Shown here one piece after another: positions 27,820 through 41,095 of a stretch of DNA of 64,000 bases. This stretch comes from Octopus sinensis. Taxonomy: Eukaryota. The stretch lies in assembly GCF_006345805.1 (NCBI RefSeq), contig NC_043003.1, forward strand, positions 95,790,001-95,854,000. The letters are read 5' to 3'. Below the pieces are notes generated by a model, which did not search any database, had not been told where the DNA came from, and worked only from the letters and a program-made list of their open reading frames with translations. Numbering within the stretch: the first letter of the stretch is position 1; each line of letters starts with the position of its first letter. The position numbers and the translations under genes are program-made.

Positions 27820-28050
27820 TAAGGGGGTGAGCTGGCAGAATCATTAGCACACTGGATGAAATGCTTAGCGGTATTTTACCCATCACTAAGTTCTGAGTTC
27901 AAATTCCGCCAAGGTCAACTTTGCCTTTCATCCTTTTGGGGTTGATGAAATAAGTACCAGTTATGCACTGGGGTGAATGTAATCGACTATCCCCCTCCCC
28001 CAAATTTCAGGCCTTGTGCCTATTGTAGAAAGGATTATTATTATTATTAA
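27186..28050 (+). repeat. Two family B SINEs flanking a ~450-bp (ATT)n expansion (27371-27818)
   Basis: The array starts at the 3' end of the first SINE and is interrupted by ACT/ATG units. The second SINE ends in a short (ATT)n. The poly-Ile/Leu ORFs are artefacts. Confidence 0.92.
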
Positions 28051-28357
28051 TTAGTTACATCATAATTCGACACAGTAAGATTTGACCTTCCTCAGCAACT
28101 GATACCAGCAGGTTTAAATAAAAATTCAACAGATAAAACTCATAATCAATCTCAGAAATGTAGTAAAGGTTGAAATATTTTTCAAAATAGAAACAAAAGA
28201 AGATTTGAAAAGGGGAAAAAAAAACAACAAAAAAAAACAGAAACAGAACTGACTAAACAAAATAAAACAGTAACCAAGGAAACAACACTGGATTATTTCC
28301 CTGATTTTAACTTATGAAATTTTTACTAGAGTAAACAAATGTAATTCTTTCTTTCTA

Positions 28358-28747
28358 TTCTTTTACTTGTTTCAGTCATTTGACTGCGGCCATGCTGGAG
28401 CACCGCCTTTAATCGAGCAACTCGACCCGGGACTTATTCTTTGTAAGCCCAGTACTTATTCTATCGGTCTCTTTTGCCGAACCGCTAAGTGACGGGGACA
28501 TAAACACACCAGCATCGGTTGTCAAGGGGGACAATCACAGACACACAAACACATACACGCATATATATACATCTACATATATACGATGGGCTTCTTTCAG
28601 TTTCCATCTACCAAATCCACTCACAAGGCTTTGGTTGGCCTGAAGCTATAGAAGAAGACACTTGCCCAAGGTGCCACACAATGGGACTGAACCTGGAACC
28701 ATGTGGTTGGTAAGCAAGCTACTTACCACACAGCCACTCCTGCACCT
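28358..28747 (-). mobile_element. SINE family A copy
   Basis: Reverse complement of family A. Further minus copies at about 35875-36255, 37365-37760, 38380-38660 and 39140-39550. Confidence 0.88.
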
Positions 28748-29021
28748 AAGTCTTCAATTAAAAAAATATTTTTTATATTACATTCAATTTAGGGCAACAA
28801 GTTGACAGAATCATTAGCATGCCAGGCAAAATGCTTAGCAATATTTCATCCATCTTTATGATCTGGTTTCATACCCTGCAGAGGTTGACTTTGCCCGTCA
28901 TCCTCTCAGAGCCAATAAAATAAGTACCAGTCAAATACTGAGGGTGAATGTAAACGTCTTATCTCCACCCCTGGAATTGCTGGCCTTGTGCCAAAATTTG
29001 AAGTCAATATTACATTCAATT

Positions 29022-29253
29022 TAAGATCTTTTTGATACCAACCCACCTGAGAATGTTCCTGATTTGACGATAAGCTTCCTGTTTTGAAAAAGGATTTAAT
29101 TTAAAGTCACCCATCAAAAAAAACCAGGTTAATTTATGTTCCAAACATAAGCAGACTAAAAACAAAGTTATTTTCATAATTCTTCATTAATTTCAAAATT
29201 AATTGAAACAAAGGCAACATATTTCAAATAAAATATGGTAACAAAAGGATTAA
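29022..29253. mobile_element. Second TTAA-flanked MITE family (CTTTTGATACCA...TGGTAACAAAAGG)
   Basis: Short inverted termini; related copy at 34750-34945. Confidence 0.55.
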
Positions 29254-29289
29254 ACAGCTTTGTAAAATCTGTAAAATCATTAATACAGC

Positions 29290-29469
29290 ATTCTGTTGTG
29301 TCTGGAGAGAGTCATTCTCTTTTAGTGCCTTTTAATTTAACACAAAAGGTTGCAAGATGCTACGAGAATTTTAGAAAAATAAAGAAGGAAATGAGTGGAA
29401 ATTTTACCAGTGAGTGTGTTAAATTATAAGGCACTAAAAGAGAATGGCTCTCCCCAGACACAATAGAAT
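29290..29469. mobile_element. Foldback MITE with 54-bp inverted arms
   Basis: The arms 29290-29343 and 29416-29469 are near-perfect reverse complements; a one-armed relative lies at about 53685-53815. Confidence 0.8.
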
Positions 29470-29980
29470 ATGCTTCAACACACGAATTCACATAAAGACT
29501 CTTGCAAACCAAATCCAAAAATGAAATTTATACAGTAACTTGTTGCTAAACTGATATGGATAAGAAAAAGAAGAAAAAAATCTGATCAAATAAGCTGTTG
29601 GCCACTCCCAGTTGTTATCCAATCCCAAAGTATTTCTGAATTTCCTAAAGAATTCTGAAAATTTAAATGCTTACTACAGATATGCAAGGATGAGAGAGAG
29701 AGTGTGTGTGTGCGTGTGTGTATACACACCCATGTATGTGTGTAGCTGTGTGTTAGGAAAGGAAAAGAGACGGAGATAAATGATAATAGGACAGAGAAAA
29801 CAGAGTGAGAAAATCTGAGTGAGTGAGAGTGACAGTTAAGAAGACAGAGTGAGGAAAGAAAAATAGTGTAGGAAAGAGAGAGAGAGAGTGTGTGTGTGTG
29901 TGTAAGAGAGAAAGAGAAGGTGAGGGAAAGAAAGAGAACTGCTTTCATTGAAACACAAAATACTGCAAGAGAACATTTAC

Positions 29981-30099
29981 CTTCCATTTCTCTTTGTCCA
30001 TTAAAATCTCGGCAAAGACTGACCTCCTGGGCTCAACACGGTCGATTTTCTCCAAGTTTCCCCAGTCATCTTTGTCAACCAGATTCAGGAGATAGCATA
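29981..30099 (-). CDS. R3HDM4: R3HDM4 coding exon 3 (CYLLNLVDKDDWGNLEKIDRVEPRRSVFAEILMDKEKWK)
   Basis: TTTTCTTTAACAG acceptor and AAG|GTAAAT donor, phase 1 to 0. The (S)VFAE motif corresponds to human GIFAEA just before VWNDF. Confidence 0.9.
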
Positions 30100-30581
30100 C
30101 TGTTAAAGAAAATAGCAACGCATATATATATATATAGATTAAAACGGCCTGATTGAAACTTGCTGGCACCCCCAAGCCTCAGTGTGACATGCGTGTGTGT
30201 GTGTGTGTGTACCATCATCATCATCATCACTGTTTAACATCAGCCTTCCATGCAAGCATGGGTTGGAAGGTTTGACAGAAGACTATCCCAGGCTACTGTG
30301 TCTGTTTTGGCAGGGTTTTTATGGTTGGATGCCCTTCCTAAAACCAACTATGCCACAGAGTGGACTGAGTGCTTTTTATATGGCACCAGCACAGGTGAGG
30401 TCAGTTTTGGCATAGTTTTTACAGCTTGATGCCCTTCTAAATGCCAACTACTTTACAGTGTGGACTGGATATATTTTTATGTGGCACCAGCACCTGTAGG
30501 GTCACCAAGTAACTTGCAAGACAAGGAATACATATATGTATATACACTATATATACATATATGTATGTGTATATATATAAA

Positions 30582-30622
<41 letters not shown>

Positions 30623-31449
30623 GTATGTATATATAAATTAGAAAAAAACACCTTTTATCAATTCAAAATAAAAAATTAAATTACACCATCTAGAAAATTA
30701 CATATAATAGAAAGATTAAATATAAGATCAAAAATATAACAATGATTAAGTAATGAGCAAAATAATAAATAAAACGTATGTATGTATGTATATATATATA
30801 TATCAATTGTAGTTTCCCAAGGCTGAATAAGATTGTGTTATGCAATTTCTTGTTGAACATCCTGAACATGTGATCTTATTTATAGTGCTTCAAATGTTTG
30901 TGCAGTACGTTAGCTCACACCCTCCACCAAATAAACAATACTTGTTATCAGTTCAAATATATTTGAGGCATATCCAAACCTGTAAGAAAGTCATTCACTG
31001 TATTTTGTCATGGAGTCAGTTCGAAGTACCTTCTAAACAGACGGATGGATGCATGCATTTCAGCGTGGTTATATCTTTTTCAGCACCAGATACCAGAAAG
31101 AGGAATGTTATCGACTGACAAGATTCCTATCAAAGCTCTGTATGTGTGTGTCTGCATGTGCACGCTTACACAAATGCATAAGTTGATGTGCCTTCAAGGA
31201 AGATCACTATCTCCTATAGTTTAAAAATTAATTGGGTTTTTCTTTTTAACTCTATTGTGAAATTGTTAGAACTGAAGCATTTGTTCATACATTGACTACA
31301 GAATACAGGATGAAGAACACAGGTGTAGTGGTGTTTCTGCAAAGTGAATTTCTTACAATGTAGATCTGACATACAAACATTTGGATATTTTTCACTTTTT
31401 TTTTTAAACGGTAACATGTTTATTCTTTTCCTGGGTCATAAAAATAGTC

Positions 31450-31735
31450 CCAACTTGTTTAATGCAGAAGTATCTTAGGCTACAGGTCCATGAGCAGTGT
31501 CCACAGACGAAGGTAACATCCGGTGTGGTGTCAGAGACGGCTCGCGCCTTCCTCCTGCATCTCTTGTCTTTAAGCACGTCTCTCCTTTGTGCCTCAAACT
31601 CGGTGACTGTGTTGCCTTTCCCATATCGGACTTGTCAGTCATGAGCATGCATGCACGCAACGTGGACAGCCTTCCTGATCTTCGTTCACGAAGCCGAGCC
31701 ATGATAACCATAGGCTACATCTCCAAATGGTCTTA
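31450..31735 (-). mobile_element. RTE-clade LINE ORF2 3' relic with C-terminal zinc-finger-like motif
   Basis: A minus frame gives GNTVTEFEAQRRDVLKDKRCRRKARAVS...FVCGHCSWTCSLR, typical of RTE C-termini; frameshifted upstream. Confidence 0.7.
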
Positions 31736-31793
31736 AACATTTAACACTCTACAGTTGTTTACTACATTTTAAATATACTCATAAACTACTTAC

Positions 31794-31966
31794 AGTTTTC
31801 ACATCGGCGACTTTTATTAGCACCAAGCTTCTTACGGACATACAGGTCGTCAATGGAGGTATATAAAGAACCAAGTTTTTTAGAACTGTGGTACTTGGTC
31901 AACCTGGATGGTTTCTTTATGTTGCTGACACCTTCATCTGGGCATTCAATGACCGTGTCAAGTAAG
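31794..31966 (-). CDS. R3HDM4: R3HDM4 coding exon 2 (LLDTVIECPDEG...KKLGANKSRRCEN)
   Basis: Long polypyrimidine tract plus CAG acceptor and a GTAAGT donor; only one frame is open. KKLGANKSRRCEN(LCYLLNL) aligns with human R3HDM4 [20 protein letters not shown] (recalled sequence). Confidence 0.88.
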
Positions 31967-32258
31967 CTGTTTATAAAAAAAAAACAAAAAGGAGAGAGAG
32001 AGAGAAAACATTAGAATTGTATATCAAAGCAGCTGTTATTGGTGTTATATTTTATACACTTCTTTATATCTGCTTATGTTTTTGGCTTCAGAAGCTCTTG
32101 GAAAAGAATATACTAGAGTGGTATTGTGTATATTGTTATGAAGGGGAGGATAAAATTCTAGCTACTGTGACAGTAAGCTGCACAATATCATCATTGTTTA
32201 ACATCCATTTTCCATGCTGGCATGGGTTGGATGGTTTGACAGGAGCTGACGAGCTGAA

Positions 32259-32580
32259 GGGTTGCTCTGGTCCCCTGTCTGTTTTGGCATGATTTCTATG
32301 GCTGGATGCTCTTCCTAACACTAGATGTTCAATTGAAAGGGCTGTTCAGGTTCCCTGTCTGTTTTGGCATGATTTCTATGGCTGGATGCTCTTCCTAACA
32401 CTAGATGTTCAATTGAAAGGGCTGTTCAGGTTCCCTGTCTGTTTTGGCATGGTTTCTATGGCTCAATGCTCTTCCTAACACCAGTTGTTCAATTAAGAGG
32501 GCTGCTCAGGTTCCCTGTCTGTTTTGGCATGATTTCTATGGCTGGTTGCTCTTCCTAATGCCAGATGTTCAATTGAGAGA
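32259..32580. repeat. Four tandem copies of an 80-bp unit derived from family E
   Basis: (T)CCCTGTCTGTTTTGGCATG recurs at 32271, 32351, 32431 and 32511. Confidence 0.95.
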
Positions 32581-32624
32581 GGTGATCAATTAATGAATAT
32601 TATCTCATTTAAGAAACAGTGGAG

Positions 32625-32860
32625 GTGCATGGCCTAGTGGTTAGGGTGTTGGACTCATGATTGTAAGATTGTGGTTTTGATTCCTGGACTGGGTGACACA
32701 TGTTTTTGAGCAAAACACTTCATTCCATGTTGCTCCAATTCATTCAGCTGGCAAAAATGAGTAACCCTGTGATGGACTGACATCCCATCCAGGTGCGGAA
32801 TTTATACATCATGGAAATTGGGAAACTGGCCCTTGTGAGTCAGTATGACTCAAGAAGGAA
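32625..32860 (+). mobile_element. SINE family D head with V-like tail
   Basis: Same architecture as 6490-6725. Confidence 0.75.
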
Positions 32861-35800
32861 ACTTTACCTTTACCATTACCAGTTAAGAAACACCAGCAGC
32901 CACAGCTATGTCAGATTGTGACAACAATTAGCAAGTTCCCTAAAAATACTGATGTTAATTAACATGTTATTGGCAAGAGAAGGAAGTGAGAGTTTGGTGT
33001 GTCAGTCCGGATAATGGGTAACATGTCACAACACTGGAAAAAAAGTTACAAAGGTATGTGACTTTTTGCAGGATTGGTGCATGAGTATAAAAGGCAGGCA
33101 GTAAGCAGAGGTCAGGTATTATGAAAGCAGGCAATGAAGAACTCCATTCCACAACACATCTAGCAATGCATGACTTCTTCTCTGGGCAAATTGACTTGCT
33201 GAGCTGGCCCACGGTTTCCCTGTTGCTAGCTGTTGGAGCTGTTTTGGGATCAGAGGCTATGTTTTGCAACTATATTCTTTCTGAGTGTATTCTTTCTCCA
33301 GGTCTACAGAAGGATTATGAAGTCAGCAATGCAAACTAGTCAAATATCTGTTAATCATGCAGCAGTGAATTCTAATTCAATAGAGTGCACATCTATAAAT
33401 AGAGAGACTCTATCATATACATAAACATATCATTGTTGTTTTAACATTCACATTTCTATGGATTGGATGTGATTATGTTGAGACAGAGTTTCTTCAGCCT
33501 TTTTGGTACCAAACCTCAAAAACGATTTCAAACACATGCCTGTCTTCTTGTCATTGCCACCATCACCACAGCTATCGCCATCATCATCATCCATTTTCCG
33601 AGTTGGCATAGATTGGCAGGTTTGATAGGATCTGGTGACCTGCAGGGTTGCATCAAGCTCCAATGTTAGTTTTGGTATGGTTTCTATAGCTGGATGCCCT
33701 TCCAAACACAATAATAGTAACATAATGAATTTTGAGACCAGTTGATGACAGCATAAGAGTTGTCACCCTTATTTGTAGGAAAGAGGAAGAAATTATGCTG
33801 CAGAAGAATATTTTTTTCTTCCTCACGGTACATTGTTGACTTGTTCATACTTCTTGCATTAAATATGTTAACATACCCAAGGTGAAGGACAGTATGGGTC
33901 AAACAAATTTATGCATCTTGTAATAGTTGGAAAGAAAATATAGATTTTTTTTTAGTAGGTAAATAAAAATGTTGAGGCATATCAGTGGTACTTCAATTAC
34001 TGACCACACGGGGACCAAATTAATTACTATAATAACTTTACAATTAATGTACTGCTGTTCTCAAACATCTTCACCAACCCTCCAGGGAGAAAATATTTGT
34101 GATGATTCATAAAATGCGTGATAATATCTTTGGTAAGAGATTATGTGAAATGGAGAAAAAAATAGGAAAAACAGTAGGGATAATGTGTTAGATCCTGATT
34201 TTTCATAAATTATTTATTAGGATTTGAATGTTATAAAGACTGAGAATTATTACATGTTACTCTTTTACTTGTTTCAGTCAGTTGACTACGGCCATGCTGG
34301 AGCACCACTTTTATATATCCCCTTTACAGTAAGACATCTGTTTCTGTCCCCTCTGACACACTCTAACCTCTCATCACCTGGCACAAGGCCACCTTCTCTA
34401 ATATCCCCACCCCACCCCAAAGGATCTTCATCTCATGCGATACTTGGTAACCCCACCGGTGCTGATGCCATGTAAAAACACCAAGTCTACTCTGCAAAGT
34501 GGTTGGTGTTAGGAAGAGCATCCAGCTGTAAAAACCACACCATAACAGATCTCGCTGGTGCTGTTGCCACATAAAAAGCACCCAGACTACTCTGTAATAT
34601 GGTTAGCATTGGGACGAGCATGAGCTGTTAAAAAAAACATGCCAAAACAGACAGTGAAATCTGGTGCAGTCCTATCAAACTATCCAACCTATGCCAGCAT
34701 GGAAAACAGATGTTAAATGATGATGATGATGATGATGGTAATTATGATATACCCTTTTGATACCAACTGGCCTAAGACTGGCCCTGGTTCTTAGATACAA
34801 ACTTCATGCTTTTAAGTGATCTACATCAAAACCTTCCCTCAATGTTAAGTGAAGCTCTAAACACTAAATTCAACATTATTATAAAAATTAATTGAAACAA
34901 AGGCAATGCATTTCAACCAAAATATAGGAACAAAAGAGTTAAAACTTCAAACTTCTGCATTTGAATCACAGTAATTAAAAACTGTCTTCGAGCAAGCAAA
35001 CATGCCACAACAAGTAAGCAACATTAGGAGTACATAAAGTACTCATAGCCCAAGTACTTTATTGATTAATCTATTGATATGAAAGACTGGAGATGTATTG
35101 TTGTTTCGGTAGACTGAAGGCATCCAGTTGCTTAGATATGTATCTCTCAGTTGTTTTGTGTATGTTCATTTTATCTTCTATCTTTTATGGGTTTCAGTCA
35201 TTGGATTGTGACCATGCTGCGGTACCATCTTGAAGGGTTTAGTCCAACAAATCAATACCAGTACTATTTTTCTTTTCCTGGAACTTATTCTATCAGTCTC
35301 TTTTGCTGAACTGCTAAGTTACAGAGACATACACAAAACACCAGTTGTGAAGTAGTGACAGGGGACAAATACACACACACACACACACATATATATATAT
35401 TACGAAAAAGGAGGTAATCAGAATTTTGGATAATTCTTTACTAGCACTGATATCTCATTCATTGAGACTCCTCACCTATTTGTTGACACTTTCAACGTAC
35501 AGAGTTGTTGTCATATAAGATAACCTTTCATCACTCCACATCATCATAAAAGAAAAGAAAAGAAGGCTAGGTCACCCATTGGATAATATGGCCCTAAACA
35601 CACTATATTTACATAAGAAAAGACCAGAAAGTGACAGCAGTGTTTGATTGTAGGGCTTTCTTGAGGTTGACCAACAAGATTAATCCCCTACTTGATTTCC
35701 CCTTCATTAGAAAACTACCACTTAAACATTTTAATACCAAACCACTCAAGACTGCCTTTAGTTTTAGACTTCCCATTTTAAGGTGATCTTAATTAAAACT

Positions 35801-37933
35801 TTCAATCAAAATGTCATGTAAGTTCCAGACATCAGCTCATTAATTATGAAGTTCTTTTTCTATATTTATCTTTTATCTTTGACATGTTTCAGTCATTAGG
35901 CTGTGGCCATGCTGGGGCACCAACTTGAATAGTTTTTAGTCAAATGTATTGATGCCAATGCTTATTTTTTTAAAGTCTGGTACTTATTCTATCAATCTCT
36001 TTTGCCAAACTGTTAAGTACACCAGCACCAGTTGTCAAGTAGTTGTGGTGGTGGGTGGGGTGGGACAGACACATATACATACACACGCACACACACATAT
36101 ATGACAGGTTTCTTTCAGTTTCCATCTTCCAAATCTACTCACAAAGCTTTGGTTGGCCTGAGGCTAGAAGACACCAACCTAAGGTGCCACACAATAGGAC
36201 TGAACCCCGAACCGTATGGTCGGGAAGCAAGCTTCCTGCCACACAACTATGCCTGCATCTTCATAATTTTTGAAATTAATAGAAAAAGAAAAAAAGATAA
36301 TAAATGTAGAAGTGTATTTCGACATTAAATTTGGTAATAAAAAAGGATAGAAACAATCTTCTAACAGCAATGGTATATGAAACAGAAGGAAAAGTATTCC
36401 AGCTTATCTATGACTGACTGGTTATCTATGATTACAAATTTGTGTTAGTAGTTTTAAATAGTAACAGTAAAAGTGGTAAAAGCATTAAGATCAAAAGACT
36501 TCAATTAGAACACAAATGTTTTGTCCTACTTTCTGCTCGACACACGCACACAGGACTTACTACAATCATTTACACCTGCTTGCTGCAGGTTGCAATGTAA
36601 ACAGAACTGTCATGTGAGCACAGCTATAAATACAGCTGTCATTGAGCCAAAAGTAGACCCTTACACGATATGCAAGCAGCTAGAAACAACAGCCATATCT
36701 TCCTTGAATAAACCTTAATGCAGAGCTTGGGGAACGTTTTTAACCAATTACCCCAAAATGTATTTATTTATGCTGACAATACCCCACTGATTTGAAAGAA
36801 AGAAAATCATTGATTCTTTGAATTCAAAAGGTTTTTGAATCTATTTTATTGAATCTATATATACATTCATATTGGACAGATGCTGTGCTGCCAGAAGAAA
36901 AATTTCTGTCATAACAAGGAACATGTTTTTTTATTTAATTTTACTTATGTCTAATGAGTCCTCATTATCACTAAGAATTTCATCTTTACCCCACGTGGGG
37001 TAATTTACCCTGGCTCACCAACCCCTGCCTTAATGCCTTAGGTCAGTGTTTCTCGACCTTTTTATACTTATGGATCTCTTTGGATTCTATTTTACCCAGA
37101 TGGACCCTCCAAGCCATTCGATGTTTAAAAGATCTTATATCATCATCATCATCATTACCATTTAGCGTCCGCTTTTCATGCTAGCATGGGTTGGACAGTT
37201 CAACTGGGGTCTGTGAAGCCAGAAGGCTGCATCAGGACCAGTCTGATCTAGCAGTGTTTCTACGGCTGGATGCCCTTCCTAACGCCAATATTATTAAGAA
37301 TCGTATAAGAAAACTGCTAAAATACTTTGTGTATTGTAGAAATAAAACCAATATTTTCTCTTTTACTTATTTTATCTGTTTCAGTCATTTGACTGTGGTC
37401 ATGCTGGAGCACCACCTTGAATGGTTTTGCTTTAGCAAATCAATCCCAGGATTATTTTTTTAAAGCCTAGTACTTATTCTATCCATCTCCTTCGCCAGAC
37501 TGCTAAGTTATGGGGACATAAACACACTAACACTGGTTGTCAAGCAGTGATGGGTGACAAACAGACACAAAATACACACACATAGATATATATACATACA
37601 TACATATAAATATATATGTATATACGACAGGTTTCTTTCAGTTTCCATCAACCAAATCCACTTGCAAAGCTTTGGTCGGCCTGAGGCTATAAAAGAAGAC
37701 ACTTGCCCAAGGTGTCACACAGTGGGACTGAACCCAGAACCATGTGGTTGGGAAGCCTGCATCTACATAACTCTTATATGGACCCCAGTTGATAAGTGCT
37801 GTCTTAAGTAATGAAAAGACACATTAGATAATATAGTTCAGATGGGGTGGTTATGGTTGGAATGAGGTTGATCTGCTGAAGAATCAAGAGCAGCCTGGGG
37901 CTAAACAAAAGATTTGAATTGTAATTTATTTAT

Positions 37934-38320
37934 ATACTAGCAGTATCGCCCGGCGTTGCTCAGGTTTGTAAGGGAAATAACTATAAAGCATTTTTAGAGA
38001 GTTATAGCCAAAAAATAGCAAAAAAATGGAAAAAAATGATGGTAAATTTTTTTTTTAGTTAAAAAAGGTGGAGTTGCGTCCCCTAGACAGTTTGCGGTTT
38101 GTGTTTCTGATTCTCGACTCCATGTCGAATTTATGGATTTTTTTCAGAACTGAGGGAACTTTTCAAAATTTTCGCTGCGTTAGTTTTGAATTATGACATT
38201 GGGCTATGTGTGTGTCAAGTTTCATCAGAATCGGTTGAAAGCCGTGGTCAGGGTGAGGGTACAAGCAAACAAACACACAGAAAACTCACAGACAAACTGC
38301 CGTTTATATAGAGAGAGATA
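37934..38320 (+). mobile_element. DINE-1/Lep1-like non-autonomous Helitron-type element
   Basis: 5' ATACTAGCAGTATCGCCCGGCGTTGCTC, internal AAGTTTCATCAGAATCGG, and 3' ACAGACAAACTGCCGTTTATATAGAGAG. Confidence 0.65.
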
Positions 38321-40722
38321 TATATTTGTTTGTTGTCCAATGTCCAATCAATTCTGTCGATTCACTGCTTTTATCTTTTATCTTTTACTTCTATCAGTCA
38401 TTCAACTGTAGCCCTGTTGGAGCACCTTAGTCAAAGGAACTGACTTCAACTGTCAAGTGGTGGGGGTGGCGGGGAGACAAACACAAAGAAACATACACAC
38501 ATGCACTTCTGTCAGTCTCCATTTCTTAAATCCACTCACAAGGCATTGGTTGGCCTGGAGTGATAAAAGAAAAACACCCACCCAAGGTGCTACATACTGG
38601 GACTGAACTCAAAACCATGTGGTTGGGAAGCAAACTTCTTACCACAAGGTCATACTCGTGCCTTTGTTAATAATATTGGAATTCAATTTTCAAAATATAT
38701 TTATTTAAAAAGTTTCCTTTAATTTGTGCTTAAATGATATTTCCACATATCTTTCTCATATTTCAGTCTCTGAAAACATTTCAGTAAAACTTTTAGAAAC
38801 AAAGCAACAAAAAACTCAAACCCTTGAGATAGAATTTCCAAACTAAGAATTTGATCTAATTAGAATATTTATCAAGTCATCATGTTTTAAACAATTCCTC
38901 TTTACTATTGGTAGTTTTTTATAACATTTGTCTTGATTACTCATTATTCTGTTTTCTCTAAGGACCCTTTTCCTATCCTTGTAGGGGTCAGATGAGAGTG
39001 TGGTGAGAAAGAGCTTTTCTATGGTTGGATGCCTTTCCTGTCAACAACCCCCACTTGTTTGCAAGTTAGGTTATAATTTCCCAGTTTAGCAAACAACCCA
39101 AACACGAACTGGATATAAACAGCACTGTTAGCGAAGCCATTCTTTTATTCTTTTACTTGTTTCAATCATTTGAGTGTGGCCATGCTGGAGCACCACCTTA
39201 AAGGGGTTTTTTAGCCAAAGAAATCAACCCCAGGACTTATTCTTTGTAAGCCTAGTACTTATTCTATCAGGCTCTTTTGCTAAATCGCTAAGTTACAAGG
39301 ACGCAAACATACCAACATTAGTTATTAAGTGATGGTGGGAATGGAGGGAGACAAACATACACACACAAATATATACATACATACACACACACACAAATAT
39401 ATACATACATACACACACACACAAACTTCTTTTAGTTTCCATCTATCAAATCCACTCACAAGTCTTTGGTCAGCCTGAGGCTATAGTTAAGGACGCTTGC
39501 CCAAGGTGCCACCCATGTTTTTGGGAAGCAAGCTTCATACCACACACCCATGAAACACCACTAGACAAGTAAAGTACAAACACACACACACAACAGGTTT
39601 CTTTCAGTTTCCCTCAACTGTATCCACTCGCAAGGCTTTGATTAGCTGGGAGCTATAATAGAAGATACTTGTTCAAGGTGCCACGCAGTGGGATTGAACC
39701 CAAAACCACATGGTTGGAAAATGAACTTCTTAGCCAAACAACGACTGCATGTTAATTCTTAATTAGCTAACATGACCCTGTCTAAAGAAAAAAGATATTC
39801 ATTTGAACATACAATACCTGTTGTGCAAATTATACAAGTAAAAGAGAATGTTTGATTTGTTTTCATAGTTGTGTGTTTGACAGGATATGGTGATAACCTT
39901 ATTTCTTGAGCTGCCTGAGCAAAGAAGAAATGAAAACTCACTGGCAAAGTTGTTACAATACTACAGGAGAAGCAAAGACAACAAACGCCACTGATTTTTG
40001 TATTTTGAAAGACAACGAATACCTTTAGTCTTCTTCGTAATTTGGAACTTTTTAAGCTGATAACATGTCTGCTAGAAGCAAAGTAAATGGTTATGAAATC
40101 TCTGTAAGAGATTAAAGTAGTAACTGTACTGGCAAGTAATGTTTGTAGCCATTTCAATGTTGCTATTAAGTATGAATGGACATTACTGCAATTTTTTAAC
40201 TCCAAGAGACATTTCTTCTAGCTGGTTAACGATGCAATCTGCATCCAATATATTGCAAGTAGGGGAGCCAAACCCTACCACCTTCTAGTGAATTGACAGC
40301 TAAATCTCCTCTAAACTACACCCAGTTAGCTATGTTAGGTCTGATAAAAACTATGACAGGACTAAACAACAATAACCCTTCAAATTATGGTTTGAACATG
40401 TAGAATAAATTCATTAGCAAACCCATTTCTGATAATAATTCTCTCAAAACACACTGCCTTTCTTTCAATTAATTTCGAAAAATGGTTTGTTTATTCTTTT
40501 ATTTGTTTACGTCATTTGACAGTGGCCATGCTGGGACATCACCTTGGAAGATTTTAGTCAAAGAAATCAACCTCAGGACTTTATTAAGCTTCGTACTTAT
40601 TCTATCAGTCTCTTTTTGCCAAACCAATAAGTTATTGGGACATAAACACACCAACACTGGTTGTCAAGTGATGGTTGGAGGAAAAACATAGACATAAAGG
40701 CACACACACACATATATATATA

Positions 40723-41012
40723 TCACGTGATCACGTGACCGACCAGACCATCAGATGTTTTACACATCGCTGGTCACAATACGTTCGTACTGTTTTAGCC
40801 TTCAAATGGCGCCACCCCGCTGGCTAAGCGAGCAGGCCAACAGAAGAAAGAGAGAAAGAGTACAGCAGGGATCACCACCCCCTGCCGGAGCCTTGTGGAG
40901 CTTTTAGGTGTTTTTCGCTCAATAAACACTCACAATGCCCGGTCTGGGAATCAAAATCGCGATCCTATGACCGCGAGTCCGCTGCCCTAACCACTGGGCC
41001 ATTGCGGCTCCA
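40723..41012 (-). mobile_element. SINE family C (tail C1) inserted in the central microsatellite of a family A SINE (40495-41250)
   Basis: Homologous to 1209-1513; the A halves lie at 40495-40720 and 41090-41250. Confidence 0.85.
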
Positions 41013-41045
41013 CGCGATATATATATATATATATATAAAAGCCCA

Positions 41046-41095
<50 letters not shown>

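Noticed and set aside
32259-32580. CRISPR-like regularly spaced repeats
   Set aside because: Eukaryotic context; the units are contiguous 80-bp tandem copies with no unique spacers.
39759-40205. 148-codon minus ORF and exon-like segments 39818-39914 and 40023-40070 in R3HDM4 intron 1
   Set aside because: Splice-like sites are present, but 39818-39914 spliced to exon 1 (phase 2) hits a stop after 5 codons, and no route through both segments keeps exon 1 and exon 2 in frame; no homology recognised.
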